Shown here: positions 39,834 through 47,647 of the stretch, piece by piece
Layout of the letters: the number at the start of each line of letters is the position of its first letter
How positions within the stretch are numbered: the first letter of the stretch is position 1
DNA from: an uncultured Verrucomicrobiae bacterium
GTDB taxonomy: Bacteria; Verrucomicrobiota; Verrucomicrobiia; Limisphaerales; Palsa-1400
DNA: 64,000 bases
Direction: 5' to 3'
Assembly: GCA_963764165.1 (NCBI GenBank)
Contig: CAVXRD010000002.1
Coordinates: forward strand, 1,472,001 to 1,536,000
Made by a program: the position numbers and the translations under genes
The notes under the pieces: model-generated
What the model was told of the DNA's origin: nothing
Database searches by the model: none
What the model saw: only the letters and a program-made list of their open reading frames with translations

Positions 39834-40608
39834 GATTTGTAAATATTAGAAACAGTCGAACGCCCCTTTTATGCCGGAACGCAGCCTGTGGCGAGTTCAA
39901 ACTAATACCAATGGTCCTCCGTTCACCGTCCAAAATCATTTTTGGCTCGGCGTCATTTTCTCCGCGTTTTTCAAAAAACAGGTTGGATTTGGTGACATTC
40001 ACTTGGATTTGGTTACATTAGGTGACATTCCCTCCAGCAAGACCATCTCCGAAAAATGGCGATGCGGCGCGGCATCGGCGGCGATCACTCTGGGGCAAGC
40101 CGGATCAGGAATCGTCGAGAATGATCGCAGTGAAACAGTTGCGACCACTCAGGCAGGGGCGATCAACGGCAGGATAAACCACAATCCCATAATGCCGCCC
40201 GCGCCGCGCGGCCAGCCGTCTTCGGTCTCACTCGCCTGTCTTCCCGTCTCCGTCCTATTATATATAGTCATGGAAGCACTTTGGCACATGGATTTGGAAA
40301 CAGAAAACCTACCAGAGGTTTTTAGGCACGATTTTTTGGGGGAAAAATGCTGAAAATTGAATCTGGTACCGCAGAAAGGAAATCCCGCCAGACAAAAGAG
40401 CCACAGATGGGCACAGATCAACGCAGATAAATCAAAAATCTGAACCCAATGACGAAAGTCTGTTCATTTTTGACAAAGAATTCAGGCCGCCCGCACGATA
40501 AGTTTTTGGACATCCGCCTGGCGGGCCACCGACTAGGCGGTCAGGATTCGCCGGCCTTGGGTGGTGACTTGACAGCGGCAGGTTGATCAGTATGAATCTG
40601 TGGCCATT

Positions 40609-41088
40609 TTAAGCCGCATCGCCCATGGCTTCGTCTGTGCTGAAGAAATCCGGGTAGCCGTGCTGGGTGGCGTAATCCTGCATGATGCGGGCGCGCCGGT
40701 TCGCTTCCATCTGCATGTCGGTTTGGCGCGCGAGGCGCGACATGACGGAATCCACGAGTTCATCGGTGGTGAATGGCTTGACGAGATAATCGTCGGCGCC
40801 GTTGGCCATCCCGCGGCGGAACCCGTCGCGGCTGACGAGGCCTGTCATAAGAATAAATGGAATGGGCGCCGTGTCGGAGGATTCGCGAACCGCAATCAGC
40901 GTCTCATAGCCGTCCATGCCTGGCATGTTGATGTCACAGACGACGAGGTCGAGATTCTGCGCGCGAAGGAGTTGCATTCCGACCCTGCCGCTGTCGGCCT
41001 CGATGACGTTGAACCCATAATTGGTCAAGACGGCCTTGATTAAATTGCGCACGTCCTCTTTATCATCGATGACAAGTATGTTCTTCAT
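40609..41088 (-). CDS. Response regulator (receiver with short C-terminal tail)
   Basis: ILVIDD, CDINMPGMDG, GADDYLVKPF. Confidence 0.9.
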   Translation of the reverse strand: MKNILVIDDKEDVRNLIKAVLTNYGFNVIEADSGRVGMQLLRAQNLDLVVCDINMPGMDGYETLIAVRESSDTAPIPFILMTGLVSRDGFRRGMANGADDYLVKPFTTDELVDSVMSRLARQTDMQMEANRRARIMQDYATQHGYPDFFSTDEAMGDAA

Positions 41089-41227
41089 TTTCGAGTTATC
41101 GGCAGAACATGAAGTGTGCCAAAGCGATTTTGTCAAAAAAGTGGAGGAATTTGTCTTGTTTCCGTCCGAATTTGCCCATTTGGCCCCGGGAATGACGGAA
41201 AATTCTGCCGAAAGCCCGATACTGCGC

Positions 41228-43282
41228 CTAGCGGGCGGTTAGCGCCTCAAAGACAGTTTCCGCCAGCCGGCGCGCATGGAAGGGCTTCTGAATGAGATTG
41301 AACTTTGTGCCTTCGGGGAATTCCTTGGCCAGGCGGGCGGCATCGTAGCCGCTGGTGCAGAGCACCTTGAGACCCGGCTTTTCCTGCTGCAAAATTTTCG
41401 CAAGCTCGGTGCCGGCCATGCCTTCGGGCAGGATTAGGTCCGTCAATAACAAATCAATTTTATTATGCTGGTCCTTCCAAATGGCCAGCGCCTCCTTGGC
41501 GGTGCCGCAGCCAAGCACCTTGTAGCCGTGGCTCTCCAGCACGTAATGAATCAGCTTCAAAAGCGGCCCCTCGTCCTCCACCACCAGAATCGTTTCCGTC
41601 CCGCCGATGACCTTTTGCTCGGACGGGGGCAATTGCAGCGCGCCGCCGCGCGCGTTGGAAGCGGGCAAATATATAAAGAAGGCCGTCCCCTGCCCTACCG
41701 CGCTTTCCACCGTGATCCAGCCCTTGTGCTGTTTGACAATGCCATAGACAGTCGCCAGCCCAAGACCGGTGCCGCGATCCTTTTCCTTCGTCGTAAAAAA
41801 CGGCTCGAATATCCGGCTCAAATGCTCAGGGGCAATCCCGCTGCCAGTGTCACCGAACGTCAAACACACGAATCTTCCGGGCGACGCCTCCGGATTGTGC
41901 TTGGCCTCCTCCGGGCCGACGTCGACGGCTGCAGTCCGTATGCGAAGCCGGCCGCCCCGCGGCATGGCGTCCCGCGAATTGACGGCGAGATTCAAGAGCA
42001 CCTGCTCGATCATGCCAAGGTCGGCCAGAATTGCGGGCAGGCCGGGCGCAAATTCCACCTGCAAGGAAACATCCTCGCCCAAAATGCGACGGAGCATCTT
42101 GGTGATATGATTGACAACCTCGTTGAGGTCGACGACCTGGGCGTTGAACTCGTGCTTGCGGCTGAAGGTCATCAATTGCCGTGTGAGGGCGCCGGCGCGC
42201 TTGCCGGCCTCAATGATTTCCTTGAGGGAGTCGGAGCCTTTGGCGGTGAGCTTTTCGTTGACCACCAGGAGGCTGGCGTGGCCGTTGACAACCGTGAGCA
42301 GGTTGTTGAAATCATGCGCGATGCCGCCGGCCAACTGGCCGATCGACTCCATCTTCTGGGATTGGCGCAGTTGCGCCTCCAGGCTCAAGCGCTCCGTGGC
42401 ATCCACCGCCAGTGACAAATAAATTCTCTGGGGAACGATATGGTGGGAGATGATTTCCATCTCGGACCATTTGCCGCAGCGCGTGCGGTGCCGCCACACC
42501 GAGGAATTCTTTCCCTCCGCCCCCCCGGCGGACAACTTGGCAATAAACGCGGCCAGTTCCTCCGGGGCGGCCAGGTCGCGCATGGTCAGGGCCAGGAATT
42601 CCTGCTTGCTGTAGCCGTAGTGCCGGACCGCGGCATCGTTGACGCTGACGAAAGCCAGGGTGGCGTCGTCATAGGTCAGAATGGGTGTCGGGTTGCTGTC
42701 AAACAAAAGCCGGTAAAGATTCTCCGACATCTGCACCCGCGCGAGGGACTGCTCCAGGGCGGCGGTGCGGGAATGAATCAGCGCCTCGAGATTGGTGAAG
42801 TAGGATTGGGCCTCGCCCGTGACGCGCCATTTTTCAGAGAGCGCGACCGCCATCTGTTTCATTTCGACGTGGCCGAATGGCTTCTCCAGCAGCATCAACC
42901 GGTCGTTGCGCCGCAACTGCCGGGAAAGGTCCCGCAGCATCAGCTCGGAGTGCTCCGCGCAAAGCACGACTTCCAGGTTTGGGTCCGCTTCCCAAAGTCG
43001 GCTGATGATTTGCGCGCCGCCTGGCGCCGAAGTCTTTCCGACGTCGACAAAAACAACAGCATACGGGCGTCCGGAGTCCCTCGCCTCAATAGCCTTCCGC
43101 AAGCCATGCTCTTCGGCAATCGCAATGTCCACCTCAAACGCGCTGGCCGCGCGGGGCGGGGAGGCCGCCTCCGGTTCGCCCGCCTCCGGCACGCTGGGAG
43201 CGGAGAGGATTCTGCAAAAGTCATCCCGACTGGGCTGGTCCCCGCCAATGACCAATATGCGATGCAAGCGATTTTTCTCCAT
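41228..43282 (-). CDS. Hybrid histidine kinase (degenerate REC-PAS-HisKA-HATPase-REC)
   Basis: [39 protein letters not shown]-terminal REC. Confidence 0.93.
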   Translation of the reverse strand: MEKNRLHRILVIGGDQPSRDDFCRILSAPSVPEAGEPEAASPPRAASAFEVDIAIAEEHGLRKAIEARDSGRPYAVVFVDVGKTSAPGGAQIISRLWEADPNLEVVLCAEHSELMLRDLSRQLRRNDRLMLLEKPFGHVEMKQMAVALSEKWRVTGEAQSYFTNLEALIHSRTAALEQSLARVQMSENLYRLLFDSNPTPILTYDDATLAFVSVNDAAVRHYGYSKQEFLALTMRDLAAPEELAAFIAKLSAGGAEGKNSSVWRHRTRCGKWSEMEIISHHIVPQRIYLSLAVDATERLSLEAQLRQSQKMESIGQLAGGIAHDFNNLLTVVNGHASLLVVNEKLTAKGSDSLKEIIEAGKRAGALTRQLMTFSRKHEFNAQVVDLNEVVNHITKMLRRILGEDVSLQVEFAPGLPAILADLGMIEQVLLNLAVNSRDAMPRGGRLRIRTAAVDVGPEEAKHNPEASPGRFVCLTFGDTGSGIAPEHLSRIFEPFFTTKEKDRGTGLGLATVYGIVKQHKGWITVESAVGQGTAFFIYLPASNARGGALQLPPSEQKVIGGTETILVVEDEGPLLKLIHYVLESHGYKVLGCGTAKEALAIWKDQHNKIDLLLTDLILPEGMAGTELAKILQQEKPGLKVLCTSGYDAARLAKEFPEGTKFNLIQKPFHARRLAETVFEALTAR

Positions 43283-43434
43283 GAACGGTGCGCGTGAGTG
43301 TAGCGGCTCCCCGGGTGGTTGTCACAAAAAAGTTCGCTCACTTTTGGGCCATTTCGCGCCTGTCATTATCGCTGGCCGCGGGGCGCGGGGCGCCCCCCAA
43401 AAAGGGGGACGTCCAAAAAATATACACTCGCCGC

Positions 43435-43461
43435 TAAAGTATTCCACCGCGCAGCCGATAG
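43435..43461 (+). promoter_or_regulatory. Sigma28 (FliA) promoter of flagellin 1
   Basis: TAAA-N15-GCCGATAG. Confidence 0.88.
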
Positions 43462-43465
43462 CTGG

Positions 43466-43609
43466 GTTGTCAAGAGACAATGGCTGCTGGAAGCCAGCAA
43501 GACCAGCAGGGCGATCGGTGGATGCCCAAATTTAAAATCCACTGCGCGACATGGATGTCGTGACAAGCAAAGGCTCCGCAAGGGGCAACTCACGGAAAGA
43601 GTTAAGTTT
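43466..43609 (+). ncRNA. Structured 5' leader of flagellin 1 (candidate cis-regulatory RNA)
   Basis: Six stems colinear with the flagellin 2 leader, with compensatory changes; GGA-loop hairpins. Confidence 0.7.
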
Positions 43610-44413
43610 ATGTTTATCAATACCAACATGGCGGCCATCACGTCCGCCGGCAACCTCAACACCGCCAGCAACGAATTAAACAACGCGCTGGCGCAATTAT
43701 CATCCGGCTCCAAAATTGTTAATCCGTCTGATAACCCGGCGGGGCTGGCGGAATCGATCAGCCTGAACGCGCAGATCGGTCAAACCCAGGCCGCCAACAG
43801 CAACGTCAGCAATACCATCTCCTACCTCCAGACCCAGGACGGCTATCTTCAGCAAGTTGGCTCGGCCCTTGACCAGATGAGCCAGCTCGCGGTCGAATCC
43901 CAGGACGCGACCAAGACCGACGCCGAGCGCGCCGACTACAACCAGGAATTCAGCACTTTGTCCAGCTACATAACGGATACAGCGGGCAAGGACTTCAATG
44001 GCGTCAGTCTGTTCAGCGGCGCTACCATGACCGTCACCACCGACGGCAATGGCGACACTTTCGCCATGTCGGGCATCGATTTGAACGCTGCGGCCTACAC
44101 GGGCGCCACCGGATCAGACATCTCGACCTCCACCGGCGCGGCGGCGGCCTTGGTAGCCGTCACCGCGGCGATCACCCAGTTGGCGACCGACCGCGCCACC
44201 GTGGGCGCAAACGAAGAGCGCCTCACCTACACCGGCGACGAACTGGGTGTCCTCCAGGACAACCTGACGGCCGCGAACAGCCAGTTGACCGATGTCGACG
44301 TGGCCTCGGAAAGCACCAAATATGCGGAATACCAAATTCTCGTGCAATCCGGGACCTCGATGCTAGCGCAAGCCAATCAGAATCCCCAAGGCGTTTTGAA
44401 GCTCCTGCAATAG
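43610..44413 (+). CDS. fliC: Flagellin 1 (minimal, 267 aa)
   Basis: INTN, LSSGSKI, DNPAGLA, DVDVA.E, QILVQSGTSMLAQANQ. Confidence 0.96.
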   Translation: MFINTNMAAITSAGNLNTASNELNNALAQLSSGSKIVNPSDNPAGLAESISLNAQIGQTQAANSNVSNTISYLQTQDGYLQQVGSALDQMSQLAVESQDATKTDAERADYNQEFSTLSSYITDTAGKDFNGVSLFSGATMTVTTDGNGDTFAMSGIDLNAAAYTGATGSDISTSTGAAAALVAVTAAITQLATDRATVGANEERLTYTGDELGVLQDNLTAANSQLTDVDVASESTKYAEYQILVQSGTSMLAQANQNPQGVLKLLQ

Positions 44414-44437
44414 CAGCGAGTGATTGAGTGAGACGCC

Positions 44438-44467
44438 AGCCGGGCGGCCCTGAAAAGCCGCCCGGCT
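44438..44467 (+). terminator. GC-rich hairpin after flagellin 1
   Basis: AGCCGGGCGGC-N8-GCCGCCCGGCT followed by TCGTCTTGT. Confidence 0.6.
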
Positions 44468-44481
44468 TCGTCTTGTACCAC

Positions 44482-44508
44482 TAAAGTTTTCCTGCCCGAT
44501 TCCGATAA
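44482..44508 (+). promoter_or_regulatory. Sigma28 (FliA) promoter of flagellin 2
   Basis: TAAA-N15-TCCGATAA (TAAAGTTT extended -35). Confidence 0.88.
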
Positions 44509-44512
44509 CTCC

Positions 44513-44652
44513 GTTGTCTAGGCAATGGCGATTGGCAGCCATAAAGGGCCAATCGGGAATGCGGTGGACGCCCGAGTCAAATTCCACCAGGCGACAGGGA
44601 TGTCGCCAGAAACAAAAACCCCGCAAGGGGTAACTCAAGGAAAGAGTTAGTT
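44513..44652 (+). ncRNA. Structured 5' leader of flagellin 2 (candidate cis-regulatory RNA)
   Basis: Same stem order as 43466-43609 with compensatory changes. Confidence 0.7.
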
Positions 44653-45456
44653 ATGGTAATCAATACAAACATGGCGGCCATCACGTCCGCCAACAACCTC
44701 AATAATTCAACGAACATGTTGAATAATTCACTGGCGGAGTTGTCCTCCGGCTCGAAAATTGTGAATCCTTCTGATGATCCGGCTGGTTTGGCCGAGTCCA
44801 TCAGCTTGAATGCGCAAATCGGCCAGACGCAAGCCGCCAATGACAACGTTAGCAACGCCGTTTCCTTCCTGCAGACGCAGGATGGTTACTTGTCGCAAGT
44901 CGGATCCGCCCTGGATCAGATGAGCCAGCTGGCAGTCGAATCGCAGGACGTCACCAAGACCGACTCCGAGCGAGCCGATTATCAGAAAGAGTTCAGCACT
45001 CTGGCTGGTTACATCACCGACACAGCGACCAAGGACTTCAACGGCGTCAGCCTGTTCAGTGGCAGCACCCTGGCGGTCACCACCGACGGCAGCGGCGATA
45101 CGTTCAACATGACGGGGATCGACCTTGGGGCCAGCCAATACACCGGCGCAACGGGCGCCGATATATCCACGAGCACTGGAGCCACTTCAGCGTTGACGGC
45201 CGTCACCACGGCCATCACGCAACTGGCGACAGATCGCGCCACCGTTGGCGCGAACGAGGAACGGTTGACCTATACAGGTGATGAACTCGGTGTGCTGCAG
45301 GACAACCTGACCGCCGCCAACAGCCAATTGACGGATGTTGACGTGGCGACCGAAAGCACGAAATACGCCCAGTACCAAATCCTCGTGCAGTCCGGCACGT
45401 CGATGCTGGCACAGGCGAATCAAAACCCTCAGTCCGTGCTCAAGCTCCTGCAATAA
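44653..45456 (+). CDS. fliC: Flagellin 2 (minimal, 267 aa)
   Basis: Close paralog of 43610..44413 with the same conserved termini. Confidence 0.96.
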   Translation: MVINTNMAAITSANNLNNSTNMLNNSLAELSSGSKIVNPSDDPAGLAESISLNAQIGQTQAANDNVSNAVSFLQTQDGYLSQVGSALDQMSQLAVESQDVTKTDSERADYQKEFSTLAGYITDTATKDFNGVSLFSGSTLAVTTDGSGDTFNMTGIDLGASQYTGATGADISTSTGATSALTAVTTAITQLATDRATVGANEERLTYTGDELGVLQDNLTAANSQLTDVDVATESTKYAQYQILVQSGTSMLAQANQNPQSVLKLLQ

Positions 45457-45486
45457 GGATATTGAGCCTTGATGAAGGCTAACAAC

Positions 45487-45512
45487 CTCGGGCGGCCTCC
45501 GGGCCGCCCGAG
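45487..45512 (+). terminator. Hairpin between flagellin 2 and fliD (no U tract; partial terminator or mRNA stabiliser)
   Basis: CTCGGGCGGCC-TCCG-GGCCGCCCGAG. Confidence 0.5.
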
Positions 45513-45569
45513 TCGACCAATAAACGGAGCAGCACAAAACGGAATAAAATGAAAGGTTCCAGGTAATTT

Positions 45570-47399
45570 ATGGCAGCAGCAGCGGGTTCCAGCAGTCTCG
45601 CCTTGTCCGGATTGGCTTCGGGCATCAATTGGACCAACATCATCAATGAGATGGCGCAAGCGGCCTCCGCGCCCATCACGCAGATGCAAACGGAGCAGAC
45701 GAACGAAAACAACCAAAATTCCGCCTATCAGAACATCGGCGCGGATCTCGCCAATTTGCAAACCGACGCCCAAACACTTTCATCCGCCAGCTTTTTCGAG
45801 TCCACCACCGCCGCCAGTTCCGATTCAACCGTCGCCACCGCCACGACCGGCACCGGAACTCCCCCGGGAACCTACAATTTTTCGGTGAGCCAATTGGCAA
45901 CCGCGGGCGTTCAAACCGGCTCCGCCATTTCCGCGCAAGCCATCAGCGCCTCCAGTAATGTCTCGTCGGTTGATCTGAGCAGCAGCGCGTTTTCCGATCC
46001 AATCAGGGCGGGCACTTTTACTATCAACGGACAGACCATTACCGTCGCCGATTCGGACACGCTGCAATCGGTCTTTACTCAAATCAATACCGCCACCGGC
46101 GGGGCGGTTACGGCTTCGTATAATCCCACAACTGACGAAATTAGCTTGTCGAGCAGTTCGCCCATCACCCTCGGAAGTTCCGCCGACACCAGTAATTTCC
46201 TGCAATCGACGCAGCTTTACAGCAACGGAACCGGCGCCGTGACCAGCCTTGGCGCCCTGGGCGGCATCAACCTGAACAATGCCGCCGCCACTTCCAATTT
46301 GTCCACCACCATTACCAATGGAACCGGCAGCGAGGGTTCATTTGAAATCAACGGCGTCACCATCACCTTTAACGCGCAAACCGACAGCATCAATAATATC
46401 CTATCGGACATCAACAACTCCGAGGCGGGGGTCACAGCCACTTATAACGGGGCCACCAACCAGTTTGCCCTGACGAATAACAGCACGGGCAACTTGGGAA
46501 TCACGATGCAGGATTTGAACGGAAGCAATTTTCTGGCGGCGACCGGGCTTTCCAGCGGAACATACAAGGAAGGGTCAAACCTGCAATACACCATCAACGG
46601 CAGCGGCACCCTCACGAGCGAGGATAACACGATTGACGCGACATCGCTGGGATTGCCGGGATTGTCAATCACCGCGGCGGCGAAAGGGAGCACGAACATC
46701 ACCGTAAGCCCGGACGTAAATTCCATCGCAACGGCCATCACTAATTTTGTCAACGATTACAATACCATCCAGAACTACATCACGTCTCAGACAACCGTTT
46801 CAACCAGCACCAGCAGTTCCACTGGCGCGGTGGACTCCACCACCACCACGACCGGCACACCGGGACTGTTGATGGGTAACATGGATGTTGAGGGCATTGC
46901 CACCAACCTCCGCCAATTAATCGATGCGTCCCCCATATCCGGCGTCGTCCAAAACCTCAACGATCTTGGCATAGCGTCTTCTGGGGAAAACAATCTTCTG
47001 ACCACGAGCTCCCTTGTGCTCAACAATTCGGTGGCCAATAATTTGAGCCAGATTACCCAGCTTTTCACCGATCCAAGTTCGGGTCTCGCGACGACCATAA
47101 ACAATTACCTCAGCACCACTCTCGGCAGCAACGGCGTCATCTCCACCAAAGAGGCAAACCTCACCAAGGAATCAACCGCCCTAACGAGCAGCATCACGAC
47201 GCTGCAAGCCCAAATCACCGGGCAGGAAACGCAAATGCAAAATGAATTCGTCCAGATGGAGGATGCGATCAGCACCATCAATGTGGAAAAGGAGTATCTT
47301 ACCGCCTACTTCAACAGCGCCGCCACGACGACCGACGCGCCGACGGCCGCGGGTTCAAGCACGTCCAGCAGCACCAGTTCGACGAGCTCATCCGGTTAA
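45570..47399 (+). CDS. fliD: Flagellar filament cap protein
   Basis: SGLASGINW, VSQLA, ITNFVNDYN, LNDLGI, C-terminal coiled coil; follows flagellins. Confidence 0.92.
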   Translation: MAAAAGSSSLALSGLASGINWTNIINEMAQAASAPITQMQTEQTNENNQNSAYQNIGADLANLQTDAQTLSSASFFESTTAASSDSTVATATTGTGTPPGTYNFSVSQLATAGVQTGSAISAQAISASSNVSSVDLSSSAFSDPIRAGTFTINGQTITVADSDTLQSVFTQINTATGGAVTASYNPTTDEISLSSSSPITLGSSADTSNFLQSTQLYSNGTGAVTSLGALGGINLNNAAATSNLSTTITNGTGSEGSFEINGVTITFNAQTDSINNILSDINNSEAGVTATYNGATNQFALTNNSTGNLGITMQDLNGSNFLAATGLSSGTYKEGSNLQYTINGSGTLTSEDNTIDATSLGLPGLSITAAAKGSTNITVSPDVNSIATAITNFVNDYNTIQNYITSQTTVSTSTSSSTGAVDSTTTTTGTPGLLMGNMDVEGIATNLRQLIDASPISGVVQNLNDLGIASSGENNLLTTSSLVLNNSVANNLSQITQLFTDPSSGLATTINNYLSTTLGSNGVISTKEANLTKESTALTSSITTLQAQITGQETQMQNEFVQMEDAISTINVEKEYLTAYFNSAATTTDAPTAAGSSTSSSTSSTSSSG

Positions 47400-47612
47400 T
47401 ATTAGCGGGGACACACAAACGAGATAGCCACCCAGATCGTCGATGCTGCTTGCCGCGTCTGGTCTCGATCGAGTCAAGGACGGCAGCACACGAGGTTGTC
47501 TGTTTTCATTTCCATGTGCCAGAATGCTCCACGATCAGAATATATATTTGATTGTGATTGTGACGAGCGGACTGATCTCGTTGCCTTCCGCCGTCTTGTT
47601 TGGCCAATTTAA

Positions 47613-47641
47613 TTGGAGCAAGTGGCGAAACAGGCTATAGT
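47613..47641 (+). promoter_or_regulatory. Sigma70-type promoter, likely leaderless transcript
   Basis: TTGGAG-N17-TATAGT, 6 nt before ATG 47648. Confidence 0.5.
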
Positions 47642-47647
47642 TGCACA

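Noticed and set aside
39871..40353. 160-aa ORF upstream of lysS
   Set aside because: Runs through short tandem repeats, no motif, atypical composition
43466..43609. c-di-GMP-I or -II riboswitch
   Set aside because: Lacks the GGCAAA...GAAA...GACGCAAAG core and the kink-turn signature
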